DNA from: Limosilactobacillus gorillae
GTDB taxonomy: Bacteria; Verrucomicrobiota; Kiritimatiellia; RFP12; UBA1067
Direction: 5' to 3'
Assembly (NCBI GenBank): GCA_963653155.1
Contig: CAVJWR010000002.1
Location: 1-52,419 of the forward strand
Length of the DNA stretch: 52,419 nucleotides
Of the stretch, positions 43,505-52,403 are shown in pieces. The notes under the pieces are model-generated. The model had not been told where the DNA came from and did no database searches. It worked only from the letters and a program-made list of their open reading frames with translations. Made by a program: the position numbers and the translations under genes. Each line of letters begins with the position of its first letter. Position 1 is the stretch's first letter.

Positions 43505-44857
43505 TTACATGTTCGAGAAGAACTGGAAGGATGCGTAGGCGTCTTGCCCGTGTTCGGTCACGTCGAGGCCCTTGAGCTCGGTCTTCTCGTCAACCCGCAG
43601 CACACCGCATTTCTTCAGGATGTAGAAGAGGATGAGGCCAAGGCCGAACGCCCAGAGGCAGGTCATCGCAATGCCGACGCACTGGATGCCGAGAAACTTG
43701 AGGCCACCGCCGTAGAAGAGGCCCGCGAGCTCGTTGCCATAGCCGAGGGAAGTCGGCGCGGCGAAGAGGCCCACCGCGAACGTGCCCCACACGCCGTTTA
43801 CGCAGTGCACCGAGACGGCACCGACCGGATCATCCACATGGATCTTGTCGAAGAAGAACACGCTGAGGACGACGAGCACGCCGCCGATGGCACCAATCAG
43901 GAGCGCCGCGTTGGGCGTCACAAGGTCGCAGGGCGCGGTAATCGCGACAAGACCCGCAAGCGAGCCGTTCAAGGCCATCGTGAGGTCAGGCTTGCCCATG
44001 ACGATCCACGCGGTGATGAGCGCGGTGCAGGTTCCGGCACAGGCCGCGAGGTTCGTGGTCATCGCGACACGGCTGATCGAGCCGATGCCGGCGGTGTAGC
44101 TCGCGGGGTTGAAGCCGAACCAACCGATCCAGAGGAGGAACACGCCGAGCGTGCCGAGCACGAGGCTGTGGCCCGGAATCGGGTTCGCCTTGCCGTCATG
44201 ACGGTACTTGCCGATACGCGGGCCGAGCATGATCGCACCCGCCAGAGCCAGCCAGCCGCCGACCGAGTGGACGACCGTCGAACCGGCGAAGTCGTGGAAG
44301 CCCAGCGCCTCGATCCAGCCGACCGAATCCGCGCCGTGCAGACCGCCCCACATCCAGTGGCCCGTCACCGGGTAGACGAACGCCGAGACGACCGCCGTGT
44401 AGATCAGGTAGCTGCGGAACTGGATGCGCTCGGCCACCGCGCCCGAGACGATCGTCGCGGCCGTCGCGGCGAACATGGTCTGGAAGAAGAAGAACGTCCA
44501 GTCCCAAGTCCCCTCGCCCGCAAAGACGCTCGGCATGCAGATGCCGCCCCAGCCGAGCGCACCGCCGACCTTCGAGGCGCCGAACATGATCGCCGCGCCG
44601 ATGAAGTAGAACACAATCGAGCCGAACGCGAAGTCCATCAGGTTCTTCATCATGATGTTCGCCGCATTCTTAGCCCGCGTGAAGCCCGTCTCGACGAGCG
44701 CGAAGCCCGCCTGCATGACGAACACGAGGATGCCGCCCACGAGCGTCCACACGATGTTCAGGTTCGTCTGGACGTCCGCCGCCGTAGGCGCAGCCTCCTC
44801 CGCCAACGCTCCGCCGGCGCCCAGCGCCAGCAAACCGCACAACAATAGTCTTTTCAT
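43505..44857 (-). CDS. amtB: Ammonium transporter
   Basis: 450 aa with a signal peptide and the Amt signatures FVMQAGFALVE, DFAGSTVVHSVGG and VHCVNGVWG. Confidence 0.95.
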   Translation of the reverse strand: MKRLLLCGLLALGAGGALAEEAAPTAADVQTNLNIVWTLVGGILVFVMQAGFALVETGFTRAKNAANIMMKNLMDFAFGSIVFYFIGAAIMFGASKVGGALGWGGICMPSVFAGEGTWDWTFFFFQTMFAATAATIVSGAVAERIQFRSYLIYTAVVSAFVYPVTGHWMWGGLHGADSVGWIEALGFHDFAGSTVVHSVGGWLALAGAIMLGPRIGKYRHDGKANPIPGHSLVLGTLGVFLLWIGWFGFNPASYTAGIGSISRVAMTTNLAACAGTCTALITAWIVMGKPDLTMALNGSLAGLVAITAPCDLVTPNAALLIGAIGGVLVVLSVFFFDKIHVDDPVGAVSVHCVNGVWGTFAVGLFAAPTSLGYGNELAGLFYGGGLKFLGIQCVGIAMTCLWAFGLGLILFYILKKCGVLRVDEKTELKGLDVTEHGQDAYASFQFFSNM

Positions 44858-44894
44858 TTCCCTACCTTCTCCTTGCTGATTACTTTATGTTTCT

Positions 44895-45236
44895 TTATCC
44901 TATCGCCGCCGGGCCCTTCTCACCGGTACGAATGCGGATGCACTCATCCATCGGCAGAACGAAGATCTTGCCGTCGCCGATGTCGCCCGTTCTGGCACCC
45001 TCTATGATGCCGTCGATCGTCTTCTGGACGAATTCGTCGTTCACCGCGATGGCAAGACGCATCTTCTTCAGGAGCGTCACCTCTTCGATGGCGCCACGAT
45101 ACTGGTGGATGTACCCTTTCTGGCGTCCGCACCCAAGTGCGTTCGATACGGATATCTTGTATATCTCACGTTCGTACAAAGCATGCTTGACGGCATTTAA
45201 CCGCTCAGGCTGAATATAGGCAATTATGAGCTTCAT
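44895..45236 (-). CDS. glnK: P-II family nitrogen regulatory protein (GlnB/GlnK)
   Basis: [20 protein letters not shown]... with T-loop [15 protein letters not shown] and C-terminal [19 protein letters not shown]. The ATG at 45236 is preferred over the upstream GTG. It is linked to amtB but placed upstream of it. Confidence 0.9.
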   Translation of the reverse strand: MKLIIAYIQPERLNAVKHALYEREIYKISVSNALGCGRQKGYIHQYRGAIEEVTLLKKMRLAIAVNDEFVQKTIDGIIEGARTGDIGDGKIFVLPMDECIRIRTGEKGPAAIG

Positions 45237-45265
45237 ATGATAGACCTTTCTATGCACGATGATTT

Positions 45266-45281
45266 AGCAATCACCATGCCA
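45266..45281 (-). promoter_or_regulatory. Sigma54 (-24/-12) promoter for glnK-amtB
   Basis: The minus strand reads TGGCATGGTGATTGCT, which matches TGGCAC-N5-TTGCW with exact GG/GC spacing. It lies about 30 nt upstream of the P-II ATG, with GAAAGG as RBS. Confidence 0.55.
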
Positions 45282-45370
45282 AAGCCTACAAGCCCATTTT
45301 TAGCCCATTTTCATTACAGCACACGTAAAGATGTACATATTTCGTTTCAATACATGAACATCCTCGGCAA

Positions 45371-45388
45371 TGCAATATAGAAATTGCA
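45371..45388. promoter_or_regulatory. Perfect palindrome TGCAAT-N6-ATTGCA, candidate enhancer-binding-protein (NtrC-type) site
   Basis: tgcaatatagaaattgca lies about 100 nt upstream of the sigma54 promoter, the usual UAS distance. No bEBP gene is in the window. Confidence 0.3.
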
Positions 45389-45412
45389 TATAATGTAAAA
45401 CAATCTGGGGAC

Positions 45413-45522
45413 AGCAAACTCCAGACGCGACAAGCGCGTCCCTCCCATATCTTTGCAAAGGCAAAAATTCGCCGTTTTCGGGAGGGACGGGCTTGTCCCG
45501 TCCGCAATCACAAAAGTTTTGT
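45413..45522. repeat. REPIN-like palindromic element, family 2, copy B (inverted relative to copy A)
   Basis: agacgcgacaagcgcgtcc-CTCCC-33 nt-GGGAG-ggacgggcttgtcccgtcc. The spacer attcgccgtttt is the reverse complement of aaaacggcgaat in copy A. Confidence 0.7.
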
Positions 45523-45600
45523 AAGTGCCATGCGGCGATTTCATCGAAATCGCCCTACCAAGCCCACGTACAATCCCTAAATGGTTCAATGCCTAAATGC

Positions 45601-45624
45601 AATCGTAAATCGCAAATCGTAAAT
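45601..45624. repeat. 7-bp tandem repeat (aatcgta/aatcgca/aatcgta) just downstream of the RND gene stop
   Basis: aatcgtaaatcgcaaatcgtaaat, preceded by a duplicated cctaaatg (45576, 45592). Confidence 0.4.
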
Positions 45625-45632
45625 TCAACCTC

Positions 45633-48600
45633 TCACCTTCTCACCCCAAAGATCAGCGCATAGTTGACTGGGATCACTATCATGGTAAGAATCGTGGCGA
45701 ACGCAAGCCCGAACATGATCGTGACGGCCATCGAAACATAGAAGGCATCCGTAAGCAATGGAACCATGCCAAGCATCGTCGTCAACGATGCGTTTGCCAC
45801 GGGACGCAACCTTGTGACGCCCGCCTCCACGACAGACCGATATCCATCAATCCCTCGGTCTATGTTCGCCTGTATCTCGTCCATCAGGACAATCGCGTTC
45901 TTGACCTGCATGCCTACAAGCGAAAGGAATCCAAGCAACGCCATGAACCCAAACGGCTGCCCAAACGACAGCAGACCCGCCACTACGCCAATCACGATCA
46001 GCGGCAACGTAAGGAATATCACAAACGCCTTCTTCACGGAATTGAACAGCATCAGCACGACGAACGCCATCGCCGCCGACAGCGGAAGGAAAGACGGGGC
46101 AAGCTTTTCGTTCGCCTCTGTGGAATCCTCGTATTCGCCCCCATACTCCACCCTGTATCCCGCAGGCAAACGCGAGGCAAATGCATCAAGCTCCGGACGA
46201 ACCCGCGAAAACGCCTCCAACGCGGTATCGCCCTCCTGCGGATTGCACATCACAGTAAGGCATGGGGTACGGTCTCGCCGCTTAAACCGCACTTCCTCCG
46301 TAGTCAACTGTTCCTGATCCACAATCTGCGCGAGCGGAACGGCGACACTGTGGCTGGAGCTCCATGCCCATGCGGCATTTACGCCCGAAACGGTGTCACG
46401 CTCTCCTTTCTTGGCGCGAAGGATGATCGGCAAAGACTCGTCCCCAAGCTGGTACTCCCCAACCGACACGCCATCGGTCGCGAGGCGAAACGCCCGTGCA
46501 ACATCGGATCTGCTTAGACCCAACTTCGAGATTCGCGCCTCGGAGATGACTGGGCCAATGAGTTCCGCACGGTTTCGCCAGTCGCTGTGCACATCCTTCA
46601 GACGGCCATCGGCCCGCAGAATCGAAAGCGCCTCATCACCAAAGGCACGGAGCCGTGCGGCATCCGGCCCAAGTATCCGCATCTGTATCTTGTAGGGATC
46701 GCCGGGGCCGAGCACAAAACGCTGGCACGACACCTCCGCATCCGGCACAAGCGACGGAGACATGGACTCGATCTGGCGCATCAGACCCGATATCGCATGT
46801 TCGTCTTTGACATCCACAAGCAACAGGCCATACGCAGGATTCGGCTCTTCCGGCGAATACGTAAGCAGGAAACGGAGCGCCCCACTGCCTGTAAAGGAAG
46901 AAATGCCAGTCACACCATCGAGCTTTTCGACAGACTCCGCAAGACGGGCAACCCGCTCATCCGTCTTTTTGATGAATGTCCCTTCCGGCATCCAAAGATG
47001 CACCATGAACTGCGGACGGGTCGAGTCTGGGAAGAAGTTGCGCTTGACGAAAGCGAAGCCCGCCACGCTCGCTACAAGCAGACATCCAAGGATCAACATG
47101 GTAAAGAGGCGATTGTCGATGCATTTCTCAAGCATGCGGCGATACAGGCGGAAAAACGTTCCGCCATACGGATCCACACCCTTTTCGCCACCACCCTTGA
47201 CCGGACTCCGTTCGCCTTTCAGACCCCATTCGGCAAGCAAAGGCGTTACCGTGACGGCCAACACCCAGCTCAACAGCAGCGAGATTGCGATGACAAGGAA
47301 AAGCGACCTGCAATACTCTCCTGTGGAGTTCTGCGCAGCCCCTATCGGCGCAAAGGAAAGCACCGCTATCACGGTGCCGCCCAAAAGGGCCCATTGGGTA
47401 CTGCGAACGGCCTCAATCGCGGCATCTTTCCGCGACCGCCCCTGCCGCCCCGCGACAAGAACCGACTCTGTTATGACGATTGCGTTGTCCACGAGCATCC
47501 CAAGGGCGATGATGAACGCGCCAAGCGAGATTCGCTCGAACATGATTCCCAGCAAGTCCATGATCCAGATGGTGCCGAGCACCGTCATCACAAGTATTCC
47601 GCCAATAACAAGACCTGACCTCAATCCCATCGTGAACAGCAGTACTGCGATCACAAGAATCACGGACTCGACAAGATTCTCCACAAATCCGCCGATGGCC
47701 ACATCGACACTTGTCGCCTGATGTGAGATGACGTCCGTCTCGATGCCTATCGGCGTAGTCGGCAGAAGTTCCCGCATCCGCTTCTCGACGGAACGTCCCA
47801 TCCGAATCACGTTCCCGCCCTTTGCGGTAGATATGCCGAGGGCAATGCACGGCTTGCCGTTGCGCCGAACGAGAACCGACGGCGGGTCGGCATAGTCGAA
47901 TCGATATGTGCACACATCGCCGAGATAAATACCGTCCGCTATCAGTACGTCTTCCAGTGCGTCAAGCGACTTCATGCTCGAACCGATGTCGAATCGTATG
48001 TACTTGTCGTCGACACGCAGGTTCCCTGCGTCCGTCGGCGTGGTATGTCCGGCAAGGGCTGCGGATATCTTTTCGGGGGTAAGCCCAAGCGCCGCTATCT
48101 TTACCCGGGAGATTTCCAGAAGGACGATCTGGCGCTGATCGCCGAGGATGTCGATCTTGGCGACATCCTCGCACAGCAAAAGTTCCCTGCGGAGCACCTT
48201 CGCGTACTCTTTAAGTTCAGCGGGGGTATAGCCGTCGCCACTGATCGCGTAGAACACGCCATAGACGTCGCCGTAGTCGTCGTTGACAATCGGCGCACCG
48301 CATCCCGGCGGCAGTTCAGACTGTGCATCCCCTACCTTTCGCCGAAGTTCGTCCCATATCTGCGGAAGCTGGCTCCCCGCAATGCTATCCTGCATCTCGA
48401 CCATCACTATCGACCGGCCAGGATAGGATGTGGATGTGACGTGCTTGATGCGCCCAAGCCGCTGAACCGCCGTCTCAATCGGATCTGTGACACGTTCCGC
48501 GACCTCTTCGGCGGATGCGCCAGGATAGGAAGTCACGATTTGCGCGGAACGGATGGTGAATTCGGGATCCTCAAGCCTTCCTATGCCAAAGTAGCTGCGG

Positions 48601-48677
48601 ATGCCCGCGACCGTCAGTGCGGCCGCAAGGCACACGACAATCGTTCTCTTGTTGAAGCAAAGTTCGGCAATGTTCAT
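45633..48677 (-). CDS. RND family efflux transporter permease (AcrB/HAE1-like)
   Basis: 1014 aa with a 12-TM plus two-large-periplasmic-loop layout. N-terminal CFNKRTIVVCLAAALTVAG, and conserved TM4-type GMLVDNAIVI and VGMQVKNAIVLMD motifs. Confidence 0.95.
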   Translation of the reverse strand: MNIAELCFNKRTIVVCLAAALTVAGIRSYFGIGRLEDPEFTIRSAQIVTSYPGASAEEVAERVTDPIETAVQRLGRIKHVTSTSYPGRSIVMVEMQDSIAGSQLPQIWDELRRKVGDAQSELPPGCGAPIVNDDYGDVYGVFYAISGDGYTPAELKEYAKVLRRELLLCEDVAKIDILGDQRQIVLLEISRVKIAALGLTPEKISAALAGHTTPTDAGNLRVDDKYIRFDIGSSMKSLDALEDVLIADGIYLGDVCTYRFDYADPPSVLVRRNGKPCIALGISTAKGGNVIRMGRSVEKRMRELLPTTPIGIETDVISHQATSVDVAIGGFVENLVESVILVIAVLLFTMGLRSGLVIGGILVMTVLGTIWIMDLLGIMFERISLGAFIIALGMLVDNAIVITESVLVAGRQGRSRKDAAIEAVRSTQWALLGGTVIAVLSFAPIGAAQNSTGEYCRSLFLVIAISLLLSWVLAVTVTPLLAEWGLKGERSPVKGGGEKGVDPYGGTFFRLYRRMLEKCIDNRLFTMLILGCLLVASVAGFAFVKRNFFPDSTRPQFMVHLWMPEGTFIKKTDERVARLAESVEKLDGVTGISSFTGSGALRFLLTYSPEEPNPAYGLLLVDVKDEHAISGLMRQIESMSPSLVPDAEVSCQRFVLGPGDPYKIQMRILGPDAARLRAFGDEALSILRADGRLKDVHSDWRNRAELIGPVISEARISKLGLSRSDVARAFRLATDGVSVGEYQLGDESLPIILRAKKGERDTVSGVNAAWAWSSSHSVAVPLAQIVDQEQLTTEEVRFKRRDRTPCLTVMCNPQEGDTALEAFSRVRPELDAFASRLPAGYRVEYGGEYEDSTEANEKLAPSFLPLSAAMAFVVLMLFNSVKKAFVIFLTLPLIVIGVVAGLLSFGQPFGFMALLGFLSLVGMQVKNAIVLMDEIQANIDRGIDGYRSVVEAGVTRLRPVANASLTTMLGMVPLLTDAFYVSMAVTIMFGLAFATILTMIVIPVNYALIFGVRR

Positions 48678-49777
48678 AGGAGTGTCACCTTGCGGCCCTC
48701 GCTGAGGATTGATACGCCAGCCGTAGCGATGCGCTCATCCGATTTAAGCCCCGTAACCACAGTCCCTTCGTCCGTCCGACGAACGACGACCACACCCCTG
48801 CGATTCACCTCGTACACACCTTTTTCCGGCGTCTGACGCAACACCCACACAAAGTGGGAACCGTCCGAAGCGGCTCCAATGCCGCTTTCGGGGATGATCA
48901 TCATGGCATCTGCCGACTCGTCCCCCGTCTTGGCGTACGAAGCCCCCGAAATGGTAAGCGTTGCGGACATTCCCGGCAGAAGCAGCAGGTCTTTAGGCGC
49001 CACCATCGTATAGGTCGCGATAAACGTCTGGTTGTTCTGGTCTGCCGATGCCTGAAACTCCTTGAACGATACGCGGAACGACCTCCCCGGCAGAGAGTCG
49101 AATGAAACCGTACGGCCTTCGTCCGTATCAACGTCTACGAACTGTTTTCTCCTGAGTATGTACTTCTCGGCGACGCCCACATCTATGTTTACGGACGACG
49201 TATCCTGCATCTTCACGATATGGTTGGCGGGGCCGACCATGTCCAGTTCCGTCGCCGGAACCTCCGCGACCGTGCCGTCAAACGGCGCATACAGCACCGT
49301 TTCCTCCAGCGCACGCTTCGCAAGGTCTAGCGCCGCCTCGCTCTGGCGGAGCTGTGCCTCGGATTGCGAGACATCCTCCTGGGATATGGCCTTTTTCCTA
49401 AGTGCGTCGCTCTTGCGCTCATAACTCAATCGATCCCTCTTTTCAACGGCCTCGGCCTTCGCAAGCGAACTCTTGAAATCGAGCGGATCCAGCCACGCAA
49501 GCTTGTCGCCCTTGCGCACCTCCTGTCCCTTCGAGACGACAATGCGCTGGATGCGCCCGGATTGCTTGAACGCAAGCGTCCTTGTCGCAGAGGCCTGCAC
49601 GATGCCCGCGAACGTAAGGTCGGGCATCTTGTCGCACGATTTCGCGACCGCGCTGCGCACCGGGCGCAACGGCTCTGGCGAACCAACCGTACCATCCTTC
49701 CGGGGCCATAGGCAAACCACCACCGCGACACCCACAACCGCAACTCCGCCAACCATCTTGACAATAGACATTCTCAT
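48674..49777 (-). CDS. RND efflux periplasmic adaptor (membrane fusion protein, HlyD-like)
   Basis: An N-terminal anchor (VGGVAVVGVAVVVCLW), a lipoyl/hairpin region (coiled coil SEAQLRQSEAALDLAKRALEETVLYAPFDGTV) and a beta-barrel C-terminus. ATGA overlap with the RND gene. The start is 49777 or 49771. Confidence 0.85.
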   Translation of the reverse strand: MRMSIVKMVGGVAVVGVAVVVCLWPRKDGTVGSPEPLRPVRSAVAKSCDKMPDLTFAGIVQASATRTLAFKQSGRIQRIVVSKGQEVRKGDKLAWLDPLDFKSSLAKAEAVEKRDRLSYERKSDALRKKAISQEDVSQSEAQLRQSEAALDLAKRALEETVLYAPFDGTVAEVPATELDMVGPANHIVKMQDTSSVNIDVGVAEKYILRRKQFVDVDTDEGRTVSFDSLPGRSFRVSFKEFQASADQNNQTFIATYTMVAPKDLLLLPGMSATLTISGASYAKTGDESADAMMIIPESGIGAASDGSHFVWVLRQTPEKGVYEVNRRGVVVVRRTDEGTVVTGLKSDERIATAGVSILSEGRKVTLL

Positions 49778-49839
49778 CCCCCCATGAATGACATTTGGTG
49801 CAATTATATCAGAAATCCGCATGTCGCGCTTGCCGCCTC

Positions 49840-49882
49840 AGCAAAAGAAAAGCTGCGGAAACCGCACTGGCGATTCCGCAGC
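49840..49882 (-). terminator. Rho-independent terminator after the small surface-protein gene
   Basis: gctgcggaa-13 nt-ttccgcagc (49852-49882) followed on the minus strand by TTTTCTTTTG. Confidence 0.65.
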
Positions 49883-49907
49883 CCCAACCGACGCATATCC
49901 GCTCGGT

Positions 49908-50303
49908 TTATTTCTTGGACGGATCCCCGAAGTACGCCTTCGAGAAGTTGAAGAACGGGAAGAACGGCACGAAGCCCTTCGGGTTCCAGTTCAGGAGACC
50001 GATCTGAAGCGCAGCGCCCTCTTCTGCAACGTTTACGATGGCGGCCTGTACGCCGTTGATCATCTTTTTCGTCCGGCAATAGCCAATCGCGCCCTGATAG
50101 CCAAATGCACGATCACCGACAAGCCCCATTATAAGCGAAACCTGTGCGCCCTTCACCTGCTTGCACTCGCTCGCGATGCCGAGCTGACAACCTTGGATCT
50201 TGGCATCCTTGTCCGGACCGCCGAGCCACCAGCTCCACTTGCACTCCGCCTGTGCCGCGACAGCCATCATAAGTGCCGCCACAGCTATCATGATTCTTTT
50301 CAT
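49908..50303 (-). CDS. Small secreted G-x-Q-x-G repeat protein (LA_2272-like surface repeat type, tentative)
   Basis: The start is at MKRIMIAVAALMMAVAAQA (signal peptide). It has repeats IQGCQLGI / KGAQVSLI / YQGAIGY / NGVQAAIV / AALQIGLL and a C-terminal NWNPKGFVPFFPFFNFS. Confidence 0.55.
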   Translation of the reverse strand: MKRIMIAVAALMMAVAAQAECKWSWWLGGPDKDAKIQGCQLGIASECKQVKGAQVSLIMGLVGDRAFGYQGAIGYCRTKKMINGVQAAIVNVAEEGAALQIGLLNWNPKGFVPFFPFFNFSKAYFGDPSKK

Positions 50304-50420
50304 TAATTGCCCTTTCTTATGAATGAAACAGATGCGCGAATTATACCAAAAAACGGGTGGCAAGACGATATGCAGTTCGGAAAGCGCCTTTGCGGTAGCC
50401 ATCGCGTCAATCGCGCAGGA

Positions 50421-51068
50421 TCAGGCCCAAGTCACATGGCCATCGTCTTTCACCGTGATATATCCACGGCTTTTCAATGCGTCCATGACCTCCAAGACAT
50501 CCGCATCCGACATCGTCTTGTGTGAACTCTTTATGAAATTCATGAGACGCTTCTCGGTACGGCACTTGTGCGCTTTCAGTTTCTCGATGATCTGTCCAAC
50601 TGGATCTTCCTGCGGCACGGTCTGCGCGGCCTCATCTGCGACGCTATCGACAACAGTCTGCTCCTTATCCTGCACTTCGGCAGGGGTCTCGACCTTGGCC
50701 TCATCCTTTGGCTTCTTTGCTGAACCTGCAGATGCCGACTTCTTCGTCTTCGCCGAAGCCTTCGTCGCCTTCTTTGGCGCTGATGCCTTCTGTTCGTGAG
50801 CCATTTCGTTCGCCTCCAGGTTTCCAGGGGCGACGTCCTTAGACGTTGGCGCAAGGGATTTTGGCGGCGGCACCGGCACGACCGCCGCACACGGGGCCTC
50901 TTTGAGTAGACCGAGCACGGCATCTGCCGACTCCTTTACCTCGTAGTCCAGACCATCACCGATCGGCACTACGATTGATCCGCCATTCTTCGTCGGCTCT
51001 ATCGTCACGATGAAACTGGCGTTTAGCCATATCGGACTCCCATCGATTCGCGTGAGTTGTATATACAT
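50421..51068 (-). CDS. Hypothetical protein: FlbD-like N-terminal domain + Lys/Ala/Ser-rich linker + C-terminal winged-helix-like domain
   Basis: MYIQLTRIDGSPIWLNASFIVTIEPT....YEVKESADAVLGLL resembles the flagellar FlbD family (MIxLTRLNG..fxLN..lIe.IE.tPDT.I.L.nG.k..VkEs.eEv). The middle reads KASAPKKATKASAKTKKSASAGSAKKPK. The C-terminus reads IIEKLKAHK...VLEVMDALKSRGYITVKDDGHVTW. Confidence 0.55.
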   Translation of the reverse strand: MYIQLTRIDGSPIWLNASFIVTIEPTKNGGSIVVPIGDGLDYEVKESADAVLGLLKEAPCAAVVPVPPPKSLAPTSKDVAPGNLEANEMAHEQKASAPKKATKASAKTKKSASAGSAKKPKDEAKVETPAEVQDKEQTVVDSVADEAAQTVPQEDPVGQIIEKLKAHKCRTEKRLMNFIKSSHKTMSDADVLEVMDALKSRGYITVKDDGHVTWA

Positions 51069-51116
51069 TGAACAAATCCTTTCCTTATGTCGCCAAGAGC
51101 GGCACGCTACGCACCG

Positions 51117-52403
51117 TCACTTTGCGTTCTTCACATCCATCACATAGACCTGCCGCGATCCTTCATGCACGGAGTTGAACCCTATCATCTTCCCGTCTGG
51201 CCTCCATCTCGGATGCAGGTCGCATCTGCAATAGATGTCGCGATACCCTTCCGGGACGAAAAAGTCCCCGACCTTCTGCACCTTGTTGTCCGCAAGGCGC
51301 ACCATCTTCCAGTGCCGGTAGAAATTCTTGTCCCAATATCCGTCGCCCGATATGAAATTGCCGTCTGGCGAATAGATGCAGTGCCCATCGAAATGCATTT
51401 CGCTACCTCCCACCTGATGGGCCTTTTCCTCTTCCCCAACCGTGAACTCCACGTGCGTGTACACGCGATTCTGCCAATTGCAGGTCACGATCATCGTACG
51501 GGCATCCCGTTCCGACAGGGCCGGCTTCCAGTTGAAATGAGAGGATCCCCATCCATCCGGGAAGCAACGGCGAATGCCTGAGCCGTCGGCATTGCACGTG
51601 AACGCGGTGGTGTGCCAGTTCACGCCCTTGAACTTCTTCACTCCCTCCATGGACTGCTCCACGGAACGCGACAGGAAGTATATCCGCTTGTCGTCCTTCG
51701 AGATGACCGTATGGCAGATGTAGCTCATGCCGTCTGCGGACTTCACCTCCGGAACCATGCCCTTCACGGCGGCGCACGACACGATAAGCTTGATCTCGCC
51801 GGTCTTTAAGTTGATCCGGAAAAGCCCGTCGTCTTCAGGGAACACTACGCCCTGCTTCGGATCCTGCCCGTTGCCGAAGTATCCGTAGTCGGGACGGGTG
51901 AGGAACAGTCTCGCGTAGTTGATTCCGAGAGCCCACGTACCATCCTCGGAAACCGCGCTGATCGGATATGGGATGACGCGCTCTTCCTTGGTCTTCCAGT
52001 TCATGACGACAGACACGAACTTCCCGTCGCGCATGTCGTTGAAGATAACCGTATCCTTTGCCCAAGGCAGCCAAAACGCCATCGCCGCCTCCTGAAAATT
52101 CCATGTGCGCGTGGTAGAGAATGGTATGAACCTGTTTCCGTCCTCGGTGTCCACCACTCCAATCGTGCATGGCCTGCCGTCCGGGAGCTTGTCCTTGATG
52201 TCCGTCTCAAGCACAAGCACATATCGGTTGTCTGGACTCCACGAGTTTATCGCGAAATAGCTCGCGAAGAAATGGTCGTGTGGTCCGGACGTAATCGCGC
52301 GTGGCGCAGAAAACTCCGGAAACGGCTTCAGTTCAACATCCGATGAGGCAAGCGCCGACATCGCAAGAAGCGGAGCGCACGCATAAAACATCATTTTCTT
52401 CAT
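51117..52403 (-). CDS. Secreted TolB-like beta-propeller protein, oligogalacturonate-lyase (PL22)-like
   Basis: Signal peptide MKKMMFYACAPLLAMSALA. WSPDNRYVL, SPDGNFI and a C-terminal CDLHPRWRPDGKMIGFNSVHEGSRQVYVMD are typical of TolB/PL22-type propellers. The family call is tentative. Confidence 0.6.
   Translation of the reverse strand: MKKMMFYACAPLLAMSALASSDVELKPFPEFSAPRAITSGPHDHFFASYFAINSWSPDNRYVLVLETDIKDKLPDGRPCTIGVVDTEDGNRFIPFSTTRTWNFQEAAMAFWLPWAKDTVIFNDMRDGKFVSVVMNWKTKEERVIPYPISAVSEDGTWALGINYARLFLTRPDYGYFGNGQDPKQGVVFPEDDGLFRINLKTGEIKLIVSCAAVKGMVPEVKSADGMSYICHTVISKDDKRIYFLSRSVEQSMEGVKKFKGVNWHTTAFTCNADGSGIRRCFPDGWGSSHFNWKPALSERDARTMIVTCNWQNRVYTHVEFTVGEEEKAHQVGGSEMHFDGHCIYSPDGNFISGDGYWDKNFYRHWKMVRLADNKVQKVGDFFVPEGYRDIYCRCDLHPRWRPDGKMIGFNSVHEGSRQVYVMDVKNAK

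Noticed and set aside
45286-45589. ORFs 45286-45507 (-) and 45347-45589 (-) between the RND gene and glnK.
   Set aside because: They run through the REPIN-like element and the promoter/UAS region. Their translations are repeat-derived (..GGTRLSRLE.., ..DGTSPSLP..), and there is no coding signal.
45633-49777. The RND pump and adaptor, considered as part of a novel system because no outer-membrane factor gene is adjacent.
   Set aside because: Two-gene RND/MFP operons that use an unlinked OMF are common, and nothing in the sequence is atypical.
50600-50800. The Lys/Ala/Ser-rich tract of the FlbD-like protein, considered as a DNA-level tandem repeat or VNTR.
   Set aside because: I could not find a nucleotide-level periodic repeat. 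The bias is at the amino-acid composition level only.
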